A stretch of 63,237 bases of DNA, the filler included, from Octopus bimaculoides (Eukaryota): the NCBI RefSeq assembly GCF_001194135.2. It is 13 parts of 12 records of this genome, joined end to end, with 100 filler letters (N's around TTAATTAATTAA, not from the genome) between each part and the next. Parts side by side here need not be neighbours in the genome. Positions count along the whole stretch, not along the records: positions 1 to 8,877 come from NC_069006.1; positions 8,978 to 11,024 come from NW_026308539.1; positions 11,125 to 15,301 come from NW_026315596.1; 10 more parts are not named here. One strand, 5' to 3'. Below the pieces are notes generated by a model. It ran no database searches. It had not been told where the DNA came from and saw only the letters and a list, made by a program, of their open reading frames with translations. Both the position numbers and the translations under genes were made by a program. Below, in pieces: positions 1-11,339 of this stretch (the stretch's first letter is position 1; each line of letters starts with the position of its first letter).

Positions 1-663
1 ATATATATATATATAGAGAGAGAGAGGGGGGGGGGTACAAACAAATAGATAGATAGTTAGACAATACATACATACAGGCGTAGACAGAGAGATAGTGTGC
101 ATGTGCCAAACACGCGGCTTGAGTTCGTGGATAACGAGGCCAATCTCGCCGGCAGTCTCATGTGATAAACATATTTGCTTTATGATTGTCACTTAAAGAA
201 AGGGTCATTGAATGCTGGGTAGGTGAGGTCGGGGGGTAGAGTCCTTATAACTAGAGATAAAACGGGTGGGCAATAACAGCTGTAGGATTCCTTTTGCAGG
301 ATGACGTAAGACAACATATGTCGAGTAAGTTTCGACTTGCCTCTCATCGCCACAATCTCTTGTCTGCGACAGTTCTAAATAGCTAAGTACCATGTCTTCT
401 TTATGGACCGATCTCTGCCTCTCTGCTCGCCACTTGTGTTCTTTTTCTTTTCCTTTTTAATTTAGAGTAAAGCTTGACCGGTCACCTATTTGGTACCAAG
501 GTTGTGAAGGAAAGCATCTTGTTTAGTTCATCATCCTTTGAAGCTTAAAGTTTTGCAGATTTTTATAGTCTCAGTGTATGTATGTATGTATACACATACA
601 TACGTATATGTGTATGTATGTGCGTACGTGTCTGCGTGTATATATATATATATATATATATAT

Positions 664-730
<67 letters not shown>

Positions 731-799
731 CACATATATACATACGTACACGCACACATGTTTGTATGTATGTATTATGTATGCATGCATGTATGTATG

Positions 800-1145
800 C
801 ACCTCTCTATTCGGTAACCTTAGACCTGAAAGAGGCGGGCTTCTGTTAGAGGCCTGCGAAACTTTAAGTCGTTTGAAACCGAATCAAACTGCTTTAAATA
901 TATGTATATATCCACCACCTTTTTCCAATAACAGCCTTGGGAACCTTTTTGAATTCCATATGATAAAAAAAAAACACTCGCAGACATGCTTATAAAATCA
1001 AAAAACCAACACAGCACCCATGACTTTCGGAAACATTTTTTCGCACTCGGAAATGCTGAAGTACGGAATAAACTACCCGCATCGGTTGTTAGCTGTCGAG
1101 ACGCTACGTCCTTCAAAACTTCCATGCTTTCTGAAATCCACCACC
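800..1145 (+). mobile_element. CR1-clade LINE, decayed ORF2 C-terminus / 3' end
   Basis: Frame reads DFRKHFFALGNAEVRNKLPASVVSCRDATSFKTSML, matching the CR1 C-terminal pattern RKxFFSxRVVxxWNxLPxxVVxAxSxxxFKxxLD; frameshifted upstream. Confidence 0.72.
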
Positions 1146-1779
1146 ACGCGCGCGCGCACACACACACACACATACACGCACACACACATACACGCACATA
1201 CACTCAGGCGAAAGGTATATTTTTGTACATAACTGCATAGTGCTTCTAACATTGTATCAAACTGCGAGCGTATGACTAACGTTTGGATTAGTGTATAAAT
1301 CAATACCAGCACTCTAGGTTATTGTTAACCGTGATAACTATGGAAACTGGTTGATAGAAATACTATATATGTAACGCAGAAACATGAACTGAAGGGTTGC
1401 TTGGAGATACAAAGCGTATTTAATAAAATTGCTTAGTTAAGCTATTATAAAAGCGTGAAACTATTAGTAGCTCTTTCGGTTGTGTATTAAATTGATATTT
1501 GTATCTCACTGGACGGTGTACTTTTTTGTTGATTCTGCGTTTGCACTCGCGTGCGCGCACTCTTCTCACGCTGCGTATACATACATACATGCATGCATAC
1601 ATACATACATACACACATACATACATACAGGTATATCAAGTATATCAAGTATATCGCATCGCACGCAGTACCTTCGAGACTGTGAGTCAAAAACTTCATG
1701 ACAGGAAAACAAACATTCGGAAGAAATTCCATTGGCCGAGAGTGGTACAAAAAATCTGACGTATCGTGGGTCCTTTATC

Positions 1780-2100
1780 GATATTTATTAGCAAGCTTTC
1801 AGTGGAGATATAAATACACCAAGCTGCTTGGAGACAGAAAGAAAACTGATACCCGAAAGCAAAGCTACTCATACAGCAAACATTTCTATTGTTCAGTAGC
1901 TTGCCAGGAACGATATTTACATCTTGTCTAAGTCAGCAAAAAATCACATTCTAATGTGAAAGAAGCTTGCAAATTCGCAAGGGAGCTTGGCTTTTTAACC
2001 CTGAGTCAGATGAAGAACTTGAAACCACTGCTACCAAGCAAGCATAACGGATCAAACAGACTGCAAAAAAGAACGGGCAGAAACAAATTGAGGAGCGGTG
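1780..2100 (+). mobile_element. R4/Dong-type non-LTR retrotransposon, internal fragment
   Basis: Broken frame VKEACKFARELG..NPESDEELETTATKQAxRIKQTAKKNGQKQIEERW resembles the post-RT region of R4-clade elements; stops and frameshifts. Confidence 0.5.
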
Positions 2101-2124
2101 GGGTATATACTTCGAAGCCGAAAT

Positions 2125-2578
2125 GCTCTATGTGTGGCTGGAGGATTCAGTTTCTTGTCGTACCTCAAGAAAGAGTCAAAAGTAGTTGTCGAAAAATTTC
2201 AACGATTTCACCTGCCCCAATTTCTGGCCACATAATTCCCCCGATTGTGATCCCATGGATTACTAAGTATGGGGCACAGTTGAGAAAGACACCAACAGCT
2301 TTGCCAGAAACACCAAGGCGGAGCTGGTGGCCAAGATCAAGGAGGTGTTCGAAGATCTTTCCAGGGACACAGTGAGGAACGCATTCGCCAGATTCCAGAG
2401 CTGTCTTGTGGCCTTGGTGGAAGCTGAAAACGACTACTTTAAGTAAACTGTTATCTCTCAGCCATGAGTTAGATGATATTTTTTGATTTTTTTTCCAAAT
2501 TCTTTTATTTTTCGATGGGATATTGCGTTTTGTTTTCCTCTTATGCAAACTGTCAAAATTAGCCCGAACACCCTCTGC
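2125..2578 (+). mobile_element. Tc1/mariner DD37D (maT-like) transposon, 3' half
   Basis: Translation YVWLEDSVSCRTSRKSQK*LSKNFNDFTCPNFWPHNSPDCDPMDY*VWGTVEKDTN...FARFQSCLVALVEAENDYFK*. I count 37 residues between the second and third catalytic Asp. Two in-frame stops; right-end-like AAAATTAGCCCGAACACCCT near 2578. Confidence 0.82.
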
Positions 2579-2811
2579 GTTAATATGGTTATCTATATGA
2601 GAAAGGAGTAACTACACAGTAGAGGGTGTAAAGTGGTGTAACGAGTGCTTATACGTTGATATGGTTATCTTGGTATAAACGCGAGTAATTAGCCGGTAGA
2701 GAAGTAACTAGGGCGATGCAGGTTGTACTTATAAAGTAGTATGCTTATCAAGGTATGAAGGTATGTCTGTTTTTTTTAAAACATTTTTTCTCTGTCTTTT
2801 CTTTTGTATAG

Positions 2812-3037
2812 AGTTGATCCATATCAAGTAGTATCTATTTATCAAATTTTCTCTACTCCACGTTACGGGCGGCGAAACCCGGGTTTGCCGCCAATGTTGC
2901 AAGATCGAAGCCGGAGAACGTGTCGCTGCATGCCGCGTCCCCAACTAGAATGGGAAGAGAGTTATTCCGTCGGCCTGCTGGCTCAAGCTGAGACGGGAAA
3001 CCAGCCGCGTCTTTCTTTGTATCTGCAAAACTTTTAG
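2812..3037 (+). CDS. Possible terminal exon, unknown product (speculative)
   Basis: Strong pyrimidine tract plus AG at 2810-2811, then an open frame VDPYQVVSIYQIFSTPRYGRRNPGLPPMLQDRSRR...LQNF*. GC/CpG-rich island; no homology recognised. Confidence 0.2.
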
Positions 3038-3380
3038 AGTGCATTCACTGCTACTTCCATTGTGATTATTTCTTCCTGCTACTACAGACGTAGCCATATT
3101 AAGCTACTAACAAATAAGATAAAAATGGCTACTAATGTCTTTTTTTAAAGAGACATTTTAAGGGACATTTGAAAGAAAAGTTACAAGTTACACTTAAAGC
3201 TTTGGTTCACACTGAACCGACTGCAAGAGAATTGCTATATGAAAGCAAAATAAAAATGATACGTCTCAATAACAGGACAGCAGCGTTAGATTAACCATTG
3301 AGCGAAATAAGTACGTGCTTGGGGCACCAAGGGAAGGCAGAGGGCGGAGGCGATCCTCAAAATAAAGTTATTGTGTGTAG

Positions 3381-4019
3381 TAGGGGTCTTCAACCGTCGG
3401 GCCACGGACCAGCATCGAGCGGCAAAGAAAGAATAGACTTTGAAACTTTATTTCTATTCTATTGACGATCGCAGTCTGCGGGTCGATTTTGTATTATATG
3501 TGTAGTATATATGAAATATAGAAGGCGCGTGGCTTATTGGTTAGTGCATTCAACTCATGATCGTAAGGTCACGAGTTCAATTCCCCGCGACGCGCTGTGT
3601 CCTTGAGCAAGACACTTTATTTCACATTACTCCATTCCACTCAGCTGGCAAAAATGAGTAGTACCTGTATTTGAAAAGGTCGGCCTTGTCACACCTTTGT
3701 GTCACGCCGAATCTCCCTGAGAACTACGTTAAGGGTACACGTGTCTGTGGAGTGCTCAGCCACTTGCACGTTAATTTCACGAGCAAGCTGTTCCGTTGAT
3801 CGTATCAGCTGGGATCCTCGCCGTCGCAACCGACGGAGTGCTCCTTTAATATGTAATACAAATGCATTATACATGTGATATGTATGTATTATATATGCAA
3901 TAATTAAGTTATATGTTATGCACTTTATTGTGTTTTGTTATGCATGTGATCCCTCGGTCTGTGGAAAAAATGTCTTGCTTGAAACCAGTTCATAACGCAA
4001 GAAAGTTTGGGGACCTCTG
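3381..4019. mobile_element. hAT (Charlie/MER1-like) non-autonomous element interrupted by a SINE
   Basis: Left end TAGGGGTCTTCAACCGTCGGGCCACGGACC, right end GAAAGTTTGGGGACCTCTG. 8-bp flanks GTGTGTAG (3373-3380) and GTGGGTAG (4020-4027) match 7/8, as expected for a hAT TSD. Confidence 0.8.
3524..3845 (+). mobile_element. tRNA-derived SINE (family C here), full length, nested in the hAT element
   Basis: A box TGGCTTATTGG (3530-3540), B box GAGTTCAATTCC (3573-3584), central GTGTCCTTGAGCAAGACAC motif. Related copies at 8.7 and 33.7 kb. Confidence 0.85.
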
Positions 4020-4024
4020 GTGGG

Positions 4025-4089
4025 TAGGGCGGATCCAGCTATCAGCCGAAATTATTCGATAAATTCGGCTGATTGCCGGATCCGTGCTA
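4025..4089 (+). ncRNA. Long stem-loop, pre-miRNA-like candidate
   Basis: CGGATCCAGCTATCAGCCGAA (4030-4050) pairs with TTCGGCTGATTGCCGGATCCG (4064-4084) at 19/21; the stem continues with TTAT/ATAA around a TCG loop and basally with TAG/CTA. Strand not determined. Confidence 0.35.
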
Positions 4090-4465
4090 AACGAGACAAC
4101 AACTGTTTGACATCACTTCACAAATAAACAATGGTAGGACACTAAACAAACAGACGCAGAAAGATCTCGCCACTTTCCGAGCATATCAAACAAGCTTATA
4201 TACCTGTACAGTTTATCCCCAACCGGCTATGTTTCCGTGTAGCACTGCCTGACCAGGAGGTTCCGCAAGTGTTCTATGGCTTCCGAGCTGAAAGTTCACC
4301 AAATTAGGGATGAATAATTATAATCACGATAATTCATTTATTGGCTGCGGGTATTTTAACAAGAAATACATTTTATACATGAAAATAATAATATTCCCAT
4401 ACATATACATACATAGTATATCTATATTCATATGTAAATACACATACACACACACTTTAATAAGA

Positions 4466-4527
<62 letters not shown>

Positions 4528-5434
4528 GCACACATACCCATGTGAAAGCACACACACACACACACACACACACACCAACAAAAACGTAGAAATTTACACA
4601 TTTTCACTAACAAAGATGTCATTCAATTTTTTTCTTTTTGTACTGAACTCGCGGACAGATGTGGAAACGCAAATAAGTTATAAATATATAGACACCTATT
4701 AACCAAAATACACGCGCGCACACACACACACATATAATGCTTATTGTTGTATGGTCGCCCGAAGTTTTGCCCACCCTTCCGGCCAAAAACAAAAACGAGC
4801 GAGTGTAGAAGAGTTGATATAAAATATACGTTAGAAAATTTACGTAAAAAGAAATCCCCCACCTCCATTATCAATCATTCACAACAGAAACGATACAGTC
4901 TTAGCTCGCCGTTACGTCCCTTACTTAGTCCTCTCCACACTGATAAGGTAATTAATTCTGGAAAAACAAACCCATGCGTTGATCAAAGCAATATTACGTC
5001 AGTAATGTCATTGAACAATTTAGCATATATACGATCGTAACATCGTTTTGCTGTTTTTGTTGCTGCTGATGTTGTTGTAATTTTGCTGCCTTGGTTGATA
5101 AATAGTGACTTTGTTTGGTTGCTTTCTGCTGTCTTTAATGGTGTACATATCTTTCAAGAAACACTTGTCATTACATGCTACAGAAATATTTGAGTACTTA
5201 AAGTTTCATGCGTACACACACACATATCTACATATATAATACATACATACACTCACATACATGCATACATACATACATATATACATACACATACATGCAT
5301 GCATGCACGTATACATACATGTATGCATACATACAGACACACACACATGCATACATTGTTACATGATGTGTTCTTACATATATGTATGCATACATAATAC
5401 TTACACACATGCATATACACACATACATACATAC

Positions 5435-5560
5435 ATGATAGATCGCTAGCCGCTAAACCTTTTTTTATTTTCTCTCCCTGTTTATTTCTGTGCTCCATTC
5501 TGTCGAAGAGCGTAGGCTCGAAACGTAAAAGACTTTCTCACTTCCCGAGCGTTAAACTAG
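5435..5560 (+). mobile_element. Short interspersed repeat carrying a minimal hammerhead-like motif (HHR family 2)
   Basis: CTGTCGA-A-GAGC-GTAG-GCTC-GAAA-CG-TA-AAAG at 5500-5531; second, CpG-decayed copy at 48810-48922. Confidence 0.55.
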
Positions 5561-5816
5561 AGCATGCTAGCTACCGACGACAAAACGTTCTTGGCTTAAT
5601 TTCACGTACTGACACACAGCTTTCACAACTGTAGCAATACTATTGTTACACGTAGACAGTTTTAATACCCCATAAATGTACTAGTAACATTTATCGTTCA
5701 GTACTGTATTTAAGCACATTTCTTTTTCTGCAAAAAAAAAAAAAAAAATGGATTTTCCAGATTGTCACATACGTATATACGTAATCACGCATCCATGCAT
5801 ATATATATATATATGT

Positions 5817-5980
5817 AGGCGCAGGAGTAGTTGTGTGGTAAGTAGCTTGCTTCCCAACCACATGGTTCCAGGTTCAGTCCCACTGCGTGGCACCTTAGGC
5901 AAGTGTTCTCTACTATAGCCTCGGGCCAACCAAAGCCCTGTGAGTAGATTTGGTAGACGGAAACTGAAAGGAGCCCGTCG
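5817..5980 (+). mobile_element. tRNA-derived SINE (family A), 5' half, running into (TA)n/(TG)n
   Basis: GGCGCAGGAGTAGTTGTGTGGTAAG head, B-box-like GGTTCAGTCCC, CCTTAGGCAAGTGT core; near-identical to copies at 7.3, 45.6 and 62.7 kb. Confidence 0.85.
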
Positions 5981-6025
<45 letters not shown>

Positions 6026-6717
6026 ATGTCTTCTATCTGTATATATTTGTATATATGTATACAGACACACACAGATATATATATATATATGTNNNNNNNN
6101 NNNNNNNNNNNNNNNNNNNNNNNNNNNNNNNNNNNNNNNNNNNNNNNNNNNNNNNNNNNNNNNNNNNNNNNNNNNNNNNNNNNNNNNNNNNNNNNNNNNN
6201 NNNNNNNNNNNNNNNNNNNNNNNNNNNNNNNNNNNNNNNNNNNNNNNNNNNNNNNNNNNNNNNNNNNNNNNNNNNNNNNNNNNNNNNNNNNNNNNNNNNN
6301 NNNNNNNNNNNNNNNNNNNNNNNNNNNNNNNNNNNNNNNNNNNNNNNNNNNNNNNNNNNNNNNNNNNNNNNNNNNNNNNNNNNNNNNNNNNNNNNNNNNN
6401 NNNNNNNNNNNNNNNNNNNNNNNNNNNNNNNNNNNNNNNNNNNNNNNNNNNNNNNNNNNNNNNNNNNNNNNNNNNNNNNNNNNNNNNNNNNNNNNNNNNN
6501 NNNNNNNNNNNNNNNNNNNNNNNNNNNNNNNNNNNNNNNNNNNNNNNNNNNNNNNNNNNNNNNNNNNNNNNNNNNNNNNNNNNNNNNNNNNNNNNNNNNN
6601 NNNNNNNNNNNNNNNNNNNNNNNNNNNNNNNNNNNNNNNNNNNNNNNNNNNNNNNNNNNNNNNNNNNNNNNNNNNNNNNNNNNNNNNNNNNNNNNNNNNN
6701 NNNNNNNNNNNNNNNNN

Positions 6718-6754
<37 letters not shown>

Positions 6755-7260
6755 GTATGTATGTATGTATATACACATATGCATGCATTCATATGTCTGT
6801 GTGTGTGTGTGTGTGTGTGTGTATGTCTTCTATCTGTATATATTTGTATATATGTATACAGACACACACAGATATATATATATATATGTATGTATGAATG
6901 TATGTATGTATGTATGTATGAGGGTTGGTCACATCCATGGCCAAAATTGAATTCTCGCTAACATAACCGTGACCCATGCCCTCGCGCCCACACACACGCA
7001 CACACAACTATTCTTGATTTTATCTCATCCAAGAAAACTAACTGAATAAAAAGTTTGCATTAAAACCAAATAGTTTCACAGTTCTACCGTGACTTCTCTC
7101 TGTAGTTCCGTCTGGTTACACATTAATAGTTAATAATTTGAATTTTAGAAATCATCTTAGCACCGTATCTTACTCTTACGACATGTTTCACGCTCCAAAT
7201 GTTAGCACTAAACAAACTTCTTTCTTTTCTTTTTTTTACCTGTCCCTATTTCTAAGAAAT

Positions 7261-7399
7261 AGGCACAGGTGTGGCTGTGTCGTAAGAAGTTTGCTCCCCG
7301 ACAACGTAGTTCCAGGTTCAGCCCCACTAGGTAGCACCTTGGGCAAGTGTCGGGCCGACCAAAGCCTTGTGAGTGGATTTGGTAGACCGAAACTGAAAG
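7261..7399 (+). mobile_element. SINE family A, 5' half with small internal deletion
   Basis: Same head and core as 5817-5980; ends at an N gap. Confidence 0.8.
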
Positions 7400-7586
7400 A
7401 NNNNNNNNNNNNNNNNNNNNNNNNNNNNNNNNNNNNNNNNNNNNNNNNNNNNNNNNNNNNNNNNNNNNNNNNNNNNNNNNNNNNNNNNNNNNNNNNNNNN
7501 NNNNNNNNNNNNNNNNNNNNNNNNNNNNNNNNNNNNNNNNNNNNNNNNNNNNTATATATATATATATATATACACATGCATATACA

Positions 7587-7619
<33 letters not shown>

Positions 7620-7621
<2 letters not shown>

Positions 7622-7950
7622 GTGGTAGTAATGGTAGTTATGGCGGTGGTGGTGGCAGTAGTGTTCATGGTTATGGTGCGATTGTGGTGATGTTGATGGT
7701 TGTTCTAACTGGTAGGGATGACTTCGACCACTACCACCACCACTACCACTAATACTATCATCACCACTACTGCCACAACCACCACCACCAACAATAACCC
7801 CAACAGCAACACCACCATGAACAACATCACCGCCATCAGCAACATCCCCCACCCTCAACAGCACCATCACAACTAGAAAAAACTCCAACTTGACAACCAC
7901 CACCACCACCACCGCCACAACCACCACCACCAACACTGCAACCATTATCA
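7620..7950. repeat. Degenerate (TGG)n followed by (CAC)n/(CAA)n low-complexity tract
   Basis: Triplet periodicity seen directly; strand polarity switches near 7720. Confidence 0.85.
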
Positions 7951-8197
7951 CATGAATGCAGAGAAGTACAACTTGACGAGTTGATAGGTGATATTAGGAC
8001 GTCTGTCAGAGTTGCTGTTTGAGAGACAGGTTGATTAAATGTCGTCTGCATACTGTAATGGTATTGGGTTAAATATATTAAAATATGGAGATTATGTTGC
8101 CTTTATCTTAATTTTTCCTCAATAATTTAGTCTATTTTGTGTGAACGAAAACACTTAATTTCTGTCAGATAACCAGATATAATTAGAGTGATACGAT

Positions 8198-8234
<37 letters not shown>

Positions 8235-8260
8235 CTGTGCATTTATGTATGTATGTCCTT

Positions 8261-8357
8261 ATTCAGTTTTCTAGAAAGACGTCTTACCAATAGCGAAAGA
8301 GCTGGTTTCTAACCTAGATCCCAAATACCTCCATTGGAATTTCAACAACATCAACAG
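8261..8357 (-). repeat. Interspersed repeat fragment (same family as 34370-34480 and 34700-34805)
   Basis: Reverse complement aligns by eye with GTTGAAATTCCAATGAAGGAGCCTTGG..TAGGTTAGAAACC at 34.4 and 34.7 kb. Confidence 0.65.
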
Positions 8358-8489
8358 AATATTTTTGCATGTATGTGTGTATATGTGCAATATTTGGAAT
8401 TAGTGCATGTACAGACTCGTATGTTTTGTTTTATGCATGTATTCTCAAGCATATAGTTGCATGTCTAGACATGCGCATATATACTTAAA

Positions 8490-8615
8490 ATGGTAAACTT
8501 CTGGAAAGTTTTACAGATTTTTACAGTTCCTGTAATGGCTTGGATCTGTAGTCTTCCGATCAGTTTTCTCCCTTCTGGTTTTGAGAAGCCGAATTTCTCA
8601 AGATTGGTACTCTCA
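8490..8615 (-). mobile_element. Probable non-LTR retrotransposon 3' fragment (clade unassigned)
   Basis: Minus frame TNLEKFGFSKPEGRKLIGRLQIQAITGTVKICKTFQKF; same sequence on + at 34490-34600 and a stub on - at about 525-575. Confidence 0.55.
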
Positions 8616-8689
8616 AGTGTGTTACGTATGTATGTATGTATGTATGTATGTATGTATGTATTTATTCAGCTTTTGCCGAACGACCTGCA

Positions 8690-8877
8690 TATATGATTTG
8701 TTTATAGTGATCAAATGTTCGTGCCACACATTAGCTCACTCTCTCCATCAAACCGACGTTGTCTGAACAGGTGCACAAGTGTGTCACGTGTCAGGTGTCG
8801 AAGTGATCACAGATTAACGTGAGATGAAGTGCTTTGCTCAAGAACACAATACACCATCCGGTCTAGGAAATGAAACC
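8690..8877 (-). mobile_element. SINE family C-related, body fragment
   Basis: AAGTGCTTTGCTCAAGAACACA is the reverse complement of the family C core; collinear with 33645-33878. Confidence 0.62.
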
Positions 8878-8977
8878 NNNNNNNNNNNNNNNNNNNNNNN
8901 NNNNNNNNNNNNNNNNNNNNNTTAATTAATTAANNNNNNNNNNNNNNNNNNNNNNNNNNNNNNNNNNNNNNNNNNNN
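8878..8977. other. Artificial scaffold spacer N44-TTAATTAATTAA-N44 (first of 12)
   Basis: Identical 100-bp construct at 8878, 11025, 15302, 18154, 22587, 44224, 47242, 52008, 53346, 57848, 59321 and 61928. The palindromic 12-mer puts stops in all six frames. Confidence 0.97.
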
Positions 8978-9415
8978 TATATATATATATATATATATAT
9001 ACATATATATGTATATATAAATATATAGCATGCTATCAACTAAACTATTATATGTGGTTGTACATCGCTGGTCCCAATACTTCTCACATTGGTTTAGTTT
9101 TGGAACGTCGCTTCGTCTGTGGATAGGCGAAAAGGCCATATAATAGATAATGTAATGTAATATACTATATATGTATATGTGTGTGTATGTGTGGGTGCGC
9201 GTGTGCTTGCGTATGTGCATGCGTGTGTGTAACACATGTGCGGGCATTGTTGTGATATTACTATGTTCGTTTCGAAACCAGGTAGTTTCAGATTCGAGTG
9301 CAAGTGTCGTTTATAATAGCCCCTTGGCGACACAAATTATCTTGTTGAATTTGATAAATATATATTCTATGGTACTTCACTGTATACATATATATACATT
9401 TACATACATACAAAC

Positions 9416-9451
<36 letters not shown>

Positions 9452-10937
9452 GTATTACAAATTAAAAGGGTAAAGGATTATCAATTTATTAATTAATAAA
9501 TCAATTAATAATTAATAATTTTTACCAAGCCCATCGGTATGAAAGCACCGTTATTGGTGGAGAACTTATTTAAAAGCTCATATATATTTATAAACATAAT
9601 TAAGGGATCAGCAAATATTTGCTTCACCATATACCGAAGTTCAGAAATAGCAGCTAAAAAAGCTGAGAATCCCACANNNNNNNNNNNNNNNNNNNNNNNN
9701 NNNNNNNNNNNNNNNNNNNNNNNNNNNNNNNNNNNNNNNNNNNNNNNNNNNNNNNNNNNNNNNNNNNNNNNNNNNNNNNNNNNNNNNNNNNNNNNNNNNN
9801 NNNNNNNNNNNNNNNNNNNNNNNNNNNNNNNNNNNNNNNNNNNNNNNNNNNNNNNNNNNNNNNNNNNNNNNNNNNNNNNNNNNNNNNNNNNNNNNNNNNN
9901 NNNNNNNNNNNNNNNNNNNNNNNNNNNNNNNNNNNNNNNNNNNNNNNNNNNNNNNNNNNNNNNNNNNNNNNNNNNNNNNNNNNNNNNNNNNNNNNNNNNN
10001 NNNNNNNNNNNNNNNNNNNNNNNNNNNNNNNNNNNNNNNNNNNNNNNNNNNNNNNNNNNNNNNNNNNNNNNNNNNNNNNNNNNNNNNNNNNNNNNNNNNN
10101 NNNNNNNNNNNNNNNNNNNNNNNNNNNNNNNNNNNNNNNNNNNNNNNNNNNNNNNNNNNNNNNNNNNNNNNNNNNNNNNNNNNNNNNNNNNNNNNNNNNN
10201 NNNNNNNNNNNNNNNNNNNNNNNNNNNNNNNNNNNNNNNNNNNNNNNNNNNNNNNNNNNNNNNNNNNNNNNNNNNNNNNNNNNNNNNNNNNNNNNNNNNN
10301 NNNNNNNNNNNNNNNNNNNNNNNNNNNNNNNNNNNNNNNNNNNNNNNNNNNNNNNNNNNNNNNNNNNNNNNNNNNNNNNNNNNNNNNNNNNNNNNNNNNN
10401 NNNNNNNNNNNNNNNNNNNNNNNNNNNNNNNNNNNNNNNNNNNNNNNNNNNNNNNNNNNNNNNNNNNNNNNNNNNNNNNNNNNNNNNNNNNNNNNNNNNN
10501 NNNNNNNNNNNNNNNNNNNNNNNNNNNNNNNNNNNNNNNNNNNNNNNNNNNNNNNNNNNNNNNNNNNNNNNNNNNNNNNNNNNNNNNNNNNNNNNNNNNN
10601 NNNNNNNNNNNNNNNNNNNNNNNNNNNNNNNNNNNNTATATATATATATATATATATATATATCTGTGTCTTTTCGTTTATCCCCGACGACCATGGTGAA
10701 TGATATTGTGGTGAAATCGTTCAACTAACAGGGAAGGTGTAGTTTTAACCTAGTCGCAGTACAATGAATGAAAGAAATAAAAACCTATATAAATTTGTAT
10801 GCATTTACAAATGTATGTATGTATGTATCTATGTATGTATGTATGTATCTATCTATCTATTTATCTAACTATCTATCTATTTATCTATCTCTATCTACAC
10901 ACACGCGCGCGCACTCGTACGCGTACATGCACACACA

Positions 10938-11024
10938 TACGTGAGGGTGTAGAAAAGTTCCTGGATTTGAGTAATTGAGTAAAAGAAAATACAGGAGAAT
11001 CAGTTAATTATGATTTTATTCAAC
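10938..11024. mobile_element. Mariner-type terminal fragment
   Basis: TACGTGAGGGTGTAGAAAAGTTCCTGG resembles TA-flanked mariner TIRs (TACGAGGG...AAAAGTTCC); truncated by a spacer. Confidence 0.5.
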
Positions 11025-11339
11025 NNNNNNNNNNNNNNNNNNNNNNNNNNNNNNNNNNNNNNNNNNNNTTAATTAATTAANNNNNNNNNNNNNNNNNNNN
11101 NNNNNNNNNNNNNNNNNNNNNNNNATATACACACACACAAACACACATATATATATACATATATATGTATATTTATGTGTGTGTGTGTGAATGTGAGTGT
11201 GCGTGTGATAACAGATATTTGTGTGTGTGTAAGTATGCACCCCCCTCACACACACGAATGGATATTACAATACCACGAAATCCCTACTTAACACCGAAAG
11301 ATCATAAACAAAAAAGATCATAAGCAAATGTTTAGATAC

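Noticed and set aside
300-324. 25-nt AG...GTAAGT-bounded micro-exon candidate (DDVRQHMS)
   Set aside because: Good splice signals but no partner exon or homology; expected occasionally by chance.
6001-6890. About 90-nt sequence repeated on both sides of the 6093-6717 gap
   Set aside because: Most likely unmerged contig overlap or a collapsed tandem repeat, not a biological duplication that can be assessed here.
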